Shown in pieces: positions 54,596 through 64,000 of a stretch of DNA of 64,000 nucleotides; positions within the stretch are counted from its first letter, which is position 1; every line of letters starts with the position of its first letter. The notes beneath the pieces were generated by a model that saw only the letters and a list, made by a program, of their open reading frames with translations, had not been told where the DNA came from and searched no databases. A program made the position numbers and the translations under genes. Source of the stretch: an uncultured bacterium (GTDB taxonomy: Bacteria; Hydrothermota; Tepidihabitantia; Tepidihabitantales; DTDR01); contig CALHQW010000015.1 of the NCBI GenBank assembly GCA_938040315.1, positions 13,729 through 77,728 of the forward strand, given 5' to 3'.

Positions 54596-56994
54596 AGAAA
54601 GTAAAAAATGATATTATTTATGTTAAAAAAAATGATAAAAGAAGGGAATTTTTTTCTTTTAACAAAATTTTACAAAGTATTTATAACGCTGCCTGTGAAG
54701 TAGGTCAATTTGAAAAAGAATCTTTTAAAAAATTAACTAAAGAAATTGTAAATTTATTAAAAGAAGAAAATATAAAAAATGGAATTGTTGATACCTCAAC
54801 AATCAGAGAGATAGTTAAGAGAGTTTTAAGTTATTATCATTATTTTGATGTATTAAACGCATATAACGAATTCTATAAACGAAAACTATTTTTAAAAGAA
54901 GCTACCCAAACTCATTTTTCTTTTATAAAGGAAGCAAAGGAATCAACGGATTTTGCTTTATTTGTGCAAACCTCACAAGAATTAATTGAGAAATGGGATA
55001 AAAATAAAATTGTGAAAGCTTTGATTCGAGAAACTTCTTTAGATGAAGAAAATGCTCAAGAAATTGCTTTAGAAATAGAAGAATTTATTAAAAAAGCTCA
55101 GCCTAAAATAATAACTACTAATTTAATTAGAGAATTAGTCAACGCCAAACTGATTGAAAAAGGATTATTTGAAGCAAGAAAAAAACATCAAAGATTAGGA
55201 ATTCCTTTATATGATGTAGAAAGGATTTTATTTTATCGGAACAAAGAAAATGCGAATACTCCTCATTGTCCAGAAGGAACTAATCTAACTTTAGCAGAAG
55301 CAATCAATAAACAATATGCTTTAGAAATGGTATATAGTCAAGACGTTGCTGAAGCCCACATTCGTGGTGATATTCATATTCATGATTTAGGATTCATTAA
55401 TCGACCCTATTGTTCTGGACAATCGGTAGAATATGTAAAGAAATATGGACTTTCTTTACCCGGCGCTTTATCAATTGCGAAACCTGCTAAACATCCAGAA
55501 ACTCTTTTAGCTCATATGGTGAAATTTTCTGCAGCATTACAAGGTCATTTTGCTGGTGCAATTGGTTGGGATGCGGTGAATATTTTTTTCGCTCCTTTCT
55601 TAGTAGGAATGTCTGAGAAAGATTTATATCAACTCGCTCAAATGCTTATCTTCGAATACTCTCAGCAAAATGTTGCCCGTGGTGGTCAAGCAATTTTTTC
55701 TGACTTAAATTTATATTGGGAAATCCCTAGGCATTTTGAAAATACACCTGCAATCGGACCGGGCGGCGAATACACCGGCAAGTCTTATAAAGAGTATTTA
55801 AAAGAAGCTCAAAAATTCTTAAAAGCCATTTTTTATGTTTATTTAGACGGCGATGGAAGTGGTAGACCGTTCTTTTTCCCAAAGCCTTTAGTTCACATCA
55901 CAGAAAGATTTTTTCAAACGGATGGTTATAAAGAATTTTTATTTTTGATTTCGGAAGTAGCTAGTGAAAAGGGAAATACCTATTTTGTTTTTGATCGAGG
56001 AGAAACTGCAAAAATTTCAGAATGTTGTCGGTTAGCTTTTAAATTAGATGAAAATGACTTAAAAGATGCCACTCAACCTTGGAAAATGCGTTATTGTGCT
56101 CTCCAAAATGTTACCTTAAATTTACCAAGAATAGCCTATCTTGCTAATCATAATGACGAGATACTTTTTAATAAAATAAAAGAATTCTTTGAATTTGCGA
56201 TCCGTGCTCATCTTCAAAAAAAGAAATTTTTAGAAAGTCTATTAAGATTGAAAGATGAGGGTCCTTTAGCTTTATTAGCAATGGAAAGAGACGGTGAACC
56301 TTATTTACGAATGCATCGAGTTACTTATCTTATTGGAATTTTAGGATTAAATGAAATGGTTCAATATCATTTGGGAAAAGAATTATCTGAGGACGATGAA
56401 GCTTTCAAGTTTGGATTAAAAGTAATTGCTTATCTTAAATTTCTATGTGATAAATATTCAAAAATTTTTAATATGCGTTTTGTTTTAGAACAAACACCAG
56501 CAGAAAGTTGCGCCTATCGTCTTGCTAAATTAGATATGGAATATTATCCGAATCAAACAAAAATGGTTGTTAAAGGCAGTATTACTAAAGATAGTGTTTA
56601 TTATACTAATTCCACTTATTTAAATATTAGTTTACCAATTCCTCCTTTTGAAAGAGTTTATAAAGAAGGTAAATTCCACGATTTGATTGAAGCCGGTGCT
56701 TTAACACATATTTGGTTAGCAGATGCTAAACCACCAAAAGAAAGTATTGCTAATTTTGTAACTAAAACTTTCTACCATACAAGAAATGCCCAAATTGCTT
56801 TTTCTCCAGAATTTACTACCTGTAATATCTGTCTAAAGATCAGCCGGGGTTTACGACATATCTGTCCTTATTGCCAATCAAAAAATGTTGACCATATAAC
56901 AAGAGTGACCGGTTATTTTTCTCGAGTTTCGGCTTGGAATAAAGGTAAAAAACAAGAGTTAAAAGATCGCTATAAAGGAATGGAAATTATTTAA
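54592..56994 (+). CDS. nrdD: anaerobic ribonucleoside-triphosphate reductase (class III, glycyl radical)
   Basis: N-terminal ATP-cone. C-terminal Zn ribbon CNICL...CPYCQS, then glycyl-radical loop RVTGYFSRV. ATGA overlap with nrdR. Confidence 0.85.
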   Translation: MKKVKNDIIYVKKNDKRREFFSFNKILQSIYNAACEVGQFEKESFKKLTKEIVNLLKEENIKNGIVDTSTIREIVKRVLSYYHYFDVLNAYNEFYKRKLFLKEATQTHFSFIKEAKESTDFALFVQTSQELIEKWDKNKIVKALIRETSLDEENAQEIALEIEEFIKKAQPKIITTNLIRELVNAKLIEKGLFEARKKHQRLGIPLYDVERILFYRNKENANTPHCPEGTNLTLAEAINKQYALEMVYSQDVAEAHIRGDIHIHDLGFINRPYCSGQSVEYVKKYGLSLPGALSIAKPAKHPETLLAHMVKFSAALQGHFAGAIGWDAVNIFFAPFLVGMSEKDLYQLAQMLIFEYSQQNVARGGQAIFSDLNLYWEIPRHFENTPAIGPGGEYTGKSYKEYLKEAQKFLKAIFYVYLDGDGSGRPFFFPKPLVHITERFFQTDGYKEFLFLISEVASEKGNTYFVFDRGETAKISECCRLAFKLDENDLKDATQPWKMRYCALQNVTLNLPRIAYLANHNDEILFNKIKEFFEFAIRAHLQKKKFLESLLRLKDEGPLALLAMERDGEPYLRMHRVTYLIGILGLNEMVQYHLGKELSEDDEAFKFGLKVIAYLKFLCDKYSKIFNMRFVLEQTPAESCAYRLAKLDMEYYPNQTKMVVKGSITKDSVYYTNSTYLNISLPIPPFERVYKEGKFHDLIEAGALTHIWLADAKPPKESIANFVTKTFYHTRNAQIAFSPEFTTCNICLKISRGLRHICPYCQSKNVDHITRVTGYFSRVSAWNKGKKQELKDRYKGMEII

Positions 56995-59083
56995 ATAATG
57001 AATAACGTAAAATAAAACCTAAAAAAACAATCGAAATCATTGACATTAATTTAATTAAAATATTAAGCGAAGGACCAGCGGCGTCCTTAAAAGGATCGCC
57101 AACAGTATCGCCCACTACTGCTGATTTATGAGCTTGCGAACCTTTACCCCCAAAATTCCCCTTTTCAATATATTTCTTTGCATTATCCCAAGAGGCACCG
57201 GCATTCGCCATCATTACGGCACACACAAACCCAGCAGTTAATGCACCTACTAAAAGGCCACAAACTCCTTCTACTCCTAAAAAAATACCGATAATAATTG
57301 GCACAATGATCGCTAATAAAGCTGGTAAAATCATCTCCTTTTGAGCTGCTTTTGTACAAATAGCAACTGCTTTTCCATAATCAGGCTTTGCTTTTCCTTC
57401 TAATAAACCCACTATTTCTCTAAATTGTCTCCTTACTTCTTCCACAATCTTTTGAGCTGCTCTACCCACTGCTTTCATAATCATAGAAGTAAAAGCAAAA
57501 GGAAGCATTGCACCAATAAATATTCCAACTATCAATCGAGGATTTAAAAGAAATAAATCCAATATTTTCTTACCATCACTTACAATTCTCACTTCATCCC
57601 GATAAGAAGCGATTAATGCTAAAGCAGTTAATGCTGCTGAACCAATAGCAAATCCTTTACCGGTTGCGGCAGTAGTATTTCCCAACGCATCTAATGCATC
57701 AGTTCTTTCTCTCACATAAGAGGGCTGATTAGACATCTCAGCATTTCCTCCAGCGTTATCTGCTACCGGACCATAAGCATCGCTGGCTAAAGTTATTCCT
57801 AAGGTAGAAAGCATACTAACTGCTGAAAGTCCAATTCCATAAAGCCCTAAAGAAAAATTATAAAAACCCCTACTCAAATAAAAACTACCGATTATTCCGC
57901 AAGCGATAATAATTACAATTGGTAAAGTAGATAACATTCCAACCGAAATACCTTCAATAATCACTGTGGCTGATGAAGTAGTAGCAGAGGATGCTAAACT
58001 TCTTGTGAAAGTATAAGCATCCGAAGTAAAAACTTCAGTAAAAAAACCAATCCCCACTCCTACTAATAAACCAATTAAAATTGCCCAATAGAGATATAAA
58101 TAATTATTGCCCAGAACTAATTTTACTAGAAAATAAGAAAATAAAGCTACTAAAAAAGTAGTCAAATAAATTCCTCTTCGCAAAGCAGCAAGTAAAACTT
58201 TTTGACTTGCTTTTTCTTCGGCTCTAACAACAAAATAACCAATAATTGAAGAAATGGTCCCAATACCTGCGATTACTAAGGGTAGCAGCACTCCATTTTC
58301 TTTTAATCCTGCAGACACTGAAAGTGCCATTGTTGCAACAATTGAACCTACGTAAGATTCATACAAATCAGCTCCCATACCAGCGATATCGCCTACGTTA
58401 TCACCCACATTATCGGCAATAACTGCCGGATTTCTTGGATCGTCTTCGGGAATTCCTACTTCTACCTTACCAACCAAATCAGCACCAACATCAGCTGCTT
58501 TAGTATAAATTCCTCCGCCCACTCTTGCAAATAATGCTTGCGATGAAGCACCGATACCAAATCCTAACATTGTAGAAGTAATCTTTTCCATTCGGGTAGC
58601 TACTTCTAACGATTGATAAAACTTAGAAAGAATAAAATACCAAATTGCTAAATCTAACAGAGCTAACCCCACTACTATTAAACCCATTACCATTCCAGCA
58701 GAAAAAGCAATTCTTAACCCGGAATTTAAAGATCTTTTACAAGCATTCGTCGTTCTTGCTGAAGAACGAACTCCGATAGACATTCCAATGAATCCAGATA
58801 AACCTGAGAAAAAACCACCGGTAATAAAAGCAAAAGGAACAAATATTGGTAACATTTTATTTAAAGCCAAATAAAGCAAAATGAAGAAAAGAAGTAAGAA
58901 ATAAAGACCAACAACCTGATATTGTCTTTTGAGATAAGCAGTTGCACCTTCTCTAACTGCTTCCGCAATTTTGCGCATTTCAGGTTCACCCTCACTTTCC
59001 TTAAAAATCTTAAAAATTAAAAAAATTGTAAATAAAATTGCGATAATTGAACTTAGGGGAGCAAAATAATACCAAACGTTCAT
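56987..59083 (-). CDS. hppA: membrane-integral H+/Na+-translocating pyrophosphatase
   Basis: GGGIYTKAADVGADLVGK, DNVGDNVGD, about 16 TM helices. 3' end overlaps the nrdD stop convergently. Confidence 0.85.
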   Translation of the reverse strand: MNVWYYFAPLSSIIAILFTIFLIFKIFKESEGEPEMRKIAEAVREGATAYLKRQYQVVGLYFLLLFFILLYLALNKMLPIFVPFAFITGGFFSGLSGFIGMSIGVRSSARTTNACKRSLNSGLRIAFSAGMVMGLIVVGLALLDLAIWYFILSKFYQSLEVATRMEKITSTMLGFGIGASSQALFARVGGGIYTKAADVGADLVGKVEVGIPEDDPRNPAVIADNVGDNVGDIAGMGADLYESYVGSIVATMALSVSAGLKENGVLLPLVIAGIGTISSIIGYFVVRAEEKASQKVLLAALRRGIYLTTFLVALFSYFLVKLVLGNNYLYLYWAILIGLLVGVGIGFFTEVFTSDAYTFTRSLASSATTSSATVIIEGISVGMLSTLPIVIIIACGIIGSFYLSRGFYNFSLGLYGIGLSAVSMLSTLGITLASDAYGPVADNAGGNAEMSNQPSYVRERTDALDALGNTTAATGKGFAIGSAALTALALIASYRDEVRIVSDGKKILDLFLLNPRLIVGIFIGAMLPFAFTSMIMKAVGRAAQKIVEEVRRQFREIVGLLEGKAKPDYGKAVAICTKAAQKEMILPALLAIIVPIIIGIFLGVEGVCGLLVGALTAGFVCAVMMANAGASWDNAKKYIEKGNFGGKGSQAHKSAVVGDTVGDPFKDAAGPSLNILIKLMSMISIVFLGFILRYSLFK

Positions 59084-59247
59084 AGTTTTTTATTATAATA
59101 AATTTTATTGAATTTTGCAAATAAATTTTTATAAATATTTTTACTTTATTACTTATTTTAAATTCTAGAAATTTGAAGAAGATTAAAGATACTTATTTCT
59201 CTTGATGATTCTTTTCTTTATAGTGAGAGAAAATAATTAAGAAACTG

Positions 59248-59337
59248 TATAGGAGACCGTTATAGGATTACCCCCCCCTATGACTAAAAATTTCCTTGAT
59301 TTATAAGAATTTATACTCATATACCCCTCCCCCTAGC
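59248..59337 (+). ncRNA. conserved intergenic element, copy B (homologous to 24227-24312)
   Basis: tataggagaccgttataggattaccccccccctatgactaaaaatttccttgatttataagaatttatactcatatacccctccccctagc. Confidence 0.4.
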
Positions 59338-59563
59338 AATTTTATTTTTTCTATTTTTAATTTTTAAAGTATCAAGGCCCTTCCAACGGTTTTAATTCCA
59401 CCAACTTTAAAAGGAGAAAAATTAGAGATTAAAATGGAAATATTAATCAAGATAGTAATTTGGATTTAATTTCTATCAGCGACCATAATTCTCCTTATAG
59501 GCACACCGATCAGTTGAAATAAGGATTTGGTTTGGCAATAGAAGAGAAAATTGGCAGGTTTAT

Positions 59564-59809
59564 ATGAAAAGTGATTCCAGCTATGATAGTATTGCTTACG
59601 ATGATGTGAATAATGATGGTATTATAGATTTAGGTTTTATTACCCCCCCCCAAGGTGGAATTGAAAATGGAATTTTTAATGATGAAAAAGATAGTTGGAA
59701 AAATTTTTTAAGCAATTTTACCACCTACTTGTTCTTACCAAAGGATATAACTTTTTTGATATGGATTTTGATCGCTTTATTGATGTTACCCAAGGAAAAG
59801 GTGTTTTAA
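59564..59809 (+). CDS. small hypothetical protein with a DxNxDGxxD calcium-binding-type loop and a C-terminal TM helix
   Basis: AYDDVNNDGIIDLGF (FG-GAP/EF-hand-like loop). C-terminal FLIWILIALLMLP. Possibly a gene remnant. Confidence 0.3.
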   Translation: MKSDSSYDSIAYDDVNNDGIIDLGFITPPQGGIENGIFNDEKDSWKNFLSNFTTYLFLPKDITFLIWILIALLMLPKEKVF

Positions 59810-59927
59810 AAATTTATTTAGGTAATGATAGGCGATTGACAAGATACGATAACAATTAAATAAGATTAAAAAACTTAAAAAGTAGTTAAATATTGATTTT
59901 TAAATAATTTATTTTTAAAATTATTTA

Positions 59928-61376
59928 ATGTATTATGAAGATTTTTTAAATATTTTAGGTAATTCTTTACAATTTGGTTTTATTTATTTTAATAAAGAGG
60001 GAATAATAAAATTTGTGAATAACCAATTTCTTTCTCTCTCTCAGTTATCAGAGGAAAATGTAATAAATAAAAATTGGTCAGAAATAATTGTTGAAGAAGA
60101 TAAAAGATGGGTAGAAGAGTATTTTCGAGAAAATCATAATCAAAATTTTTCTCTCGATTTTCGTATTAAAACAAATTATCTACCTATTCGCTGTTTCTTT
60201 TCACCCGTATTAAAAGAAAAAGAATTGTTAGGCTATGTGCTCACTTTTTTAAGTTTAGAAAAAGAGAAAGAATTAGAAAAAGAAGTGGCAATTTCAACAA
60301 ATATTTATCACGAAATTATGGAAAATGCTATTGATGGGATCTGTATATTAAAAGAAAAAAAAATTGTTCTTGCTAACCGTCGGTTAGAAGAATTAACTGG
60401 TTATTCAGAGGAAGAACTAAAAAAAATAAATTTTTTAGAATTAATTAGTTCTCAAGATAAAGACAAAATAATTTCAATAATTAATAAACCAGAAAATATT
60501 TTTTTACCTCTTCATTTTGGAGTAAAAATCATCCATAAAAATAAATTTGAAGTTGATACCGAATTGAGAATTGTTCCGGTTACAAAAAATGGTATTGATT
60601 CTTTAATTTTATTTTTCCGTGATATTACTCATTTAAAGGAATTAGAAAAATTAAAAACTGATTACTTTGCTATGGTTTCCCACGATTTAAGAACTCCTTT
60701 AACAACCATTAAAGAAGCTGTGACAATTATTAAAGAAATGACAAAAGATAAATTACCGAAAGAAGGGGAAAGATTTTTTAATATTATTTTAGAAGAGATA
60801 ATGCGCCTTTTTCATTTAATCGATAATTTAATTGAAGTTTCTCGTTTAGAAACTGGAAAAATAAGATTAAATTTTCAACTTATTGATATTCAACAGTTAA
60901 TTAACAAAATAATAGAACGTTTTAATATTCTTCTTCAAAAAAAGAATATTAAAATTGAAAAAAAATATCCTGCCTACCAAATAAAAGTAGAAGTTGACTT
61001 TGACCGTTTCTCTTCAGTAATTAGTAATCTTTTAGATAATGCTATCAAATATTCGCCAGAAAATGATAAAATAACATTTTTATTGCAAAGAATTGAACCC
61101 AATTCATCAATTTTAAAGGAAAAAAAGGTAAACTCTAATCTCTCTTATTTACTTATTGGAATTAATAATCGAGGACCAATTATTCCAAAAGAATATCAAG
61201 AAAAAATTTTTGAAAAATTTGAAAAGATTGAATTTAAACCAGGAGTTAAAGGAATTGGCTTAGGGTTAACAATTGTTAAAAATATTATCAAATTGCATAA
61301 AGGAGAAACCTGGGTAGAAAGTAATGAGGAAAAAGGAACAACTTTTTATATTTTGATACCATTAAATCAAAAATAA
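59928..61376 (+). CDS. cytoplasmic PAS-domain sensor histidine kinase
   Basis: Two PAS-like segments. HisKA AMVSHDLRTPLTTI. HATPase N-box/G-boxes (DNAIKYS, GIGLGLTIVKNIIKLHKG). Confidence 0.8.
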   Translation: MYYEDFLNILGNSLQFGFIYFNKEGIIKFVNNQFLSLSQLSEENVINKNWSEIIVEEDKRWVEEYFRENHNQNFSLDFRIKTNYLPIRCFFSPVLKEKELLGYVLTFLSLEKEKELEKEVAISTNIYHEIMENAIDGICILKEKKIVLANRRLEELTGYSEEELKKINFLELISSQDKDKIISIINKPENIFLPLHFGVKIIHKNKFEVDTELRIVPVTKNGIDSLILFFRDITHLKELEKLKTDYFAMVSHDLRTPLTTIKEAVTIIKEMTKDKLPKEGERFFNIILEEIMRLFHLIDNLIEVSRLETGKIRLNFQLIDIQQLINKIIERFNILLQKKNIKIEKKYPAYQIKVEVDFDRFSSVISNLLDNAIKYSPENDKITFLLQRIEPNSSILKEKKVNSNLSYLLIGINNRGPIIPKEYQEKIFEKFEKIEFKPGVKGIGLGLTIVKNIIKLHKGETWVESNEEKGTTFYILIPLNQK

Positions 61377-61386
61377 AATTAAAATT

Positions 61387-61785
61387 ATGGATGAGAAGAA
61401 ATATAAAATCTTATTGGTAGAAGATGAAGAAAATTTAAGAGAACTTTTAAGATATCAATTGGAAAGTGCTGGTTATCAAGTAGTTACTGCTAATGATGGT
61501 TTAGAAGCATTAAATCTTGCCCGGAAGCACAAAATTGATTTAATTATTTTAGATCTAATGCTGCCAAAACTTGATGGTTATACTGTCTGCCGGCTTTTAA
61601 AATTTAGTGAACAATATAAAAAAATTCCATTAATTATGGCAACTGCAAGAACAAATCCAGAAGATAAAGAAAGAGGATTAGAAATGGGGGCCGATTTTTA
61701 TTTAACAAAACCATTAAATAGTAAAGAACTTTTAGATAAAATTAAGGAACTTTTAAAACAAAAAGAAATTCCAAAAGAGACATAA
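61387..61785 (+). CDS. single-domain (CheY-like) response regulator
   Basis: ILLVEDEENLR, DLIILDLMLPKLDG (phospho-Asp), ATAR, K in YLTKP. No output domain. Confidence 0.8.
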   Translation: MDEKKYKILLVEDEENLRELLRYQLESAGYQVVTANDGLEALNLARKHKIDLIILDLMLPKLDGYTVCRLLKFSEQYKKIPLIMATARTNPEDKERGLEMGADFYLTKPLNSKELLDKIKELLKQKEIPKET

Positions 61786-62089
61786 TTTTTTGTTTTATTT
61801 TTTTTGTTTTGATTTACTCTTTTTCTCTTTTTATTCGATCTTTTATTTTCAATGCTTTTTCTATTTCTATATGAAAAAAGGTGAACTTAAGCAAAAATAA
61901 AATTTCTCTATCAAATTAAAAAAGCAACAGTAAAAAAGAGAGTCGGAATAAAAATTTGGACGGAAATAAAAATACAAAGAAGATATGATTTTTGGAATAT
62001 GAAAAGTAAGAAAAGAGAAAGAAGTAACTAAAGGAATTGTTGAAAGAAAAAAAGGATTTATTACAATTATCAAATAAAAAGGAGTTAGT

Positions 62090-62836
62090 ATGTTCAACTT
62101 CAAAGAGAAAAAAATAATTATTACGGGAGCAGGCCAAGGAATTGGTAAAGCCATTGCTAAAAAATTTGCTGAATTTGAAGCTCTTATTGCGGTTTGTGAT
62201 ATTAATGAAGAAACTGCCCGTTTAACCGCTAAAGAATTAGAAATCATTGGAGGTAAAAGTCTTTCCTATAAAGTGGATGTAAGTAATTACCAAGAAGTGA
62301 AAGAGATTGTCAAAAAAATTGCCCAAGATTTCTCAGGTATAGACATTCTTATCAATAATGCTGGAATTGTTCGAGATAAACTCTTGATAAAGATGGAAGA
62401 GGAAGATTTCCAAAAGGTAATTGATGTCAATTTAAAAGGCACTTTTAACTTTACAAAGGCAGTATTACCATATCTTTTAGAGAAACGTTGGGGCAGGATA
62501 GTAAATATTGCTTCAGTAATTGGTGAAATGGGAAATATTGGTCAAGCTAATTATGCTGCAGCTAAAGCTGGGATTATTGGGTTTACTAAAAGTGTTGCTA
62601 AAGAAGTGGCTAGTAAAAATATTACAGTAAATGCTATTGCTCCTGGGTTTATTGAAACACCGATGACCGAAAATTTAAAACAAGATATTAAAGAGAAGTA
62701 TTTGTCATTAATTCCTTTGAAAAGATTTGGTAAACCTGAAGAGGTCGCTTATGTTTGTTTATTTTTGTGCAGCGAAATGGCAAGTTATATCACTGGCCAA
62801 TTAATCAGAGTTGATGGTGGACTTTTAATGGGGTAA
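62090..62836 (+). CDS. fabG: 3-oxoacyl-[acyl-carrier-protein] reductase (classical SDR)
   Basis: ITGAGQGIGKAIA, NNAG, YAAAKAG (YxxxK). RBS aaaggagttagtATG. Confidence 0.75.
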   Translation: MFNFKEKKIIITGAGQGIGKAIAKKFAEFEALIAVCDINEETARLTAKELEIIGGKSLSYKVDVSNYQEVKEIVKKIAQDFSGIDILINNAGIVRDKLLIKMEEEDFQKVIDVNLKGTFNFTKAVLPYLLEKRWGRIVNIASVIGEMGNIGQANYAAAKAGIIGFTKSVAKEVASKNITVNAIAPGFIETPMTENLKQDIKEKYLSLIPLKRFGKPEEVAYVCLFLCSEMASYITGQLIRVDGGLLMG

Positions 62837-62848
62837 AGTTTTAATAAA

Positions 62849-63415
62849 TTAAGTAGTAGCCACTGCCTTTTTGCCTGGTTTTAATTTCACTATTTCTCCT
62901 TTATACCTTATTCCTTTTCCTTTATATTTATCCGGTGGTTTAATCTTTCTAATATTAGCAGCGACTTGCCCAACAAGATACTTATCAATTCCTTTAATAA
63001 CAATTTCTGTTAAAGGTGTTTTAGGATCATCGGGATTAGGAGCCTGTCGAACATCTACTTCAATACCTTTTGGTACCATAAAATCTACTGGATGAGAAAA
63101 ACCAATAAAAAGTTGAATACCTTCCTTTGTTTTCTGCACTCGGTAGCCCTGACCTCTTACTTCTAATATCTTTTCAAATCCTTTGGTAACCCCGATTATC
63201 ATATTATTTATCAAAGCCCACATTAGACCACGAAATTTTTTTGCCTTGGGGAATTTCTCTTTCACCATAATCTGGTGATTATCTAAAATCACATCCACTT
63301 GTGGATGAATTTTCATATTTAATTGTCCTAAAGGACCTAAAACGAATATTTCATCATTTTTTAATTCTATTTTTACATTTGTTGGTATTATTATTGGTCG
63401 TTTACCAATCGGCAT
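62849..63415 (-). CDS. rplF: 50S ribosomal protein L6
   Basis: MPIGKRPIIIP, GVTKGFEKILEVRGQGYRV, IGFSHPVD, KYKGKGIRYKGEIVKLK. Collinear with E. coli L6. Confidence 0.8.
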   Translation of the reverse strand: MPIGKRPIIIPTNVKIELKNDEIFVLGPLGQLNMKIHPQVDVILDNHQIMVKEKFPKAKKFRGLMWALINNMIIGVTKGFEKILEVRGQGYRVQKTKEGIQLFIGFSHPVDFMVPKGIEVDVRQAPNPDDPKTPLTEIVIKGIDKYLVGQVAANIRKIKPPDKYKGKGIRYKGEIVKLKPGKKAVATT

Positions 63416-63709
63416 ATATAAAATTATATTAAAAATTATTTTAAAGTCAATAATTTGTATTATTAGATTTTTGAATATGTAAACAAAAAGATATAGAAAA
63501 ATTTTGCTGTTCCTGATTTTATACTAATATCACAACTTTTTCCATCTTTTTCTTTTTCAATTATTCTAACAACTGATTATTATTAAATATTTATTTTTGT
63601 TTCGGTAATATCCTTTAATATATAAAATTTTTTAAAGTTATGAAATCGATACTTTTCTTATTGACTTATTTAAAAATTTCTATTATATTAAAATTAACAA
63701 TGAGAAAGA

Positions 63710-64000
63710 TAATTGCAGTAGCTAATCAAAAAGGTGGCGTTGGTAAAACTACAACCGCTATTAATCTATCAGCAGCCTTATCAATGAGAAAAGAAAAAAT
63801 ATTACTTTGTGATTTAGATCCTCAAGCTCATGCTACCTTGGGTTTAGGCATTGATAAAAAAAACCTAAAACTTTCTATTTACGATATTTTATTAAAGAAA
63901 GCCAATATTAAAGAAGTTATTATTAATAATGTTTTTGAAAATCTTGACTTATTACCTGCTAACATCGATCTTGCTGGTTGTGAAGTAGAACTTCCTTTTA
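63710..64000 (+). CDS. ParA/Soj-family partition ATPase, 3'-truncated at window edge
   Basis: [24 protein letters not shown] (deviant Walker A KGGxGKT). Open to the end of the window. Confidence 0.75.

Noticed and set aside
56987-56994. 8-nt convergent overlap of the nrdD and hppA stops as a regulatory feature
   Set aside because: Consistent with the general gene compaction seen throughout the window (for example the infA and ftsZ stops 1 nt apart). No hairpin terminator evident.
61867-62247. 126-aa minus-strand ORF overlapping the fabG start
   Set aside because: Low-complexity, Phe/Ser-rich translation, antisense to an A-rich leader and to the first codons of a well-supported gene. A composition artefact.
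63416-63709. Possible replication origin next to the parA-family gene
   Set aside because: No DnaA-box (TTATCCACA-like) clusters are seen in the 294-nt gap. AT-richness alone is uninformative in this genome.
1-64000. Mobile elements, prophage, CRISPR arrays, toxin-antitoxin or defence islands
   Set aside because: No transposase, integrase, recombinase, Cas-like, nuclease or helicase ORFs, no regularly spaced repeats, and no compositional island. The window is core chromosome.

Overview
This 64-kb window comes from a very AT-rich (by eye about 28-30% GC), tightly packed bacterial chromosome. Genes frequently overlap in ATGA/TGATG fashion. Content points to an anaerobic diderm: class III ribonucleotide reductase with NrdR, 2-oxoacid:ferredoxin oxidoreductase, rubrerythrin-like proteins, a membrane pyrophosphatase, a BamD-like lipoprotein and predicted outer-membrane beta-barrel proteins. 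Proteins are Lys/Ile/Glu/Asn-rich, and the lineage cannot be assigned from sequence alone. I support about 69 CDS and one tRNA-Arg(CCG), and find no transposases, integrases, CRISPR arrays or rRNA genes. Most genes are housekeeping: nadD-yajC-def-fmt-rpe-ffh, sucCD-korDABG, folK-dNK-panBC, a complete-looking dcw cluster mraZ...ftsZ, folC-rsmI-hflX, nrdR-nrdD and hppA. The most unusual stretch is 13.4-19.3 kb. Three tandem erythrin-like diiron ferritin-like paralogs are translationally coupled to a cysteine desulfurase. After a 160-nt gap come a secreted TlpA-like CxxC redoxin, a predicted outer-membrane barrel, a 44-aa CxxC membrane peptide that I called myself, and a NapH/MauN-like polyferredoxin, all overlapping. 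Other points of interest are a roughly 90-nt intergenic element present in two copies (about 24.23 kb and 59.25 kb), a 993-aa beta-rich protein with internal YVGxxxGxY repeats in a glycan locus, an isolated rplF, and tandem NrdR-box-like palindromes upstream of nrdR. CDS coordinates follow the ORF track. Base-level positions I derived by counting may be off by 1-2 nt near long homopolymer runs.
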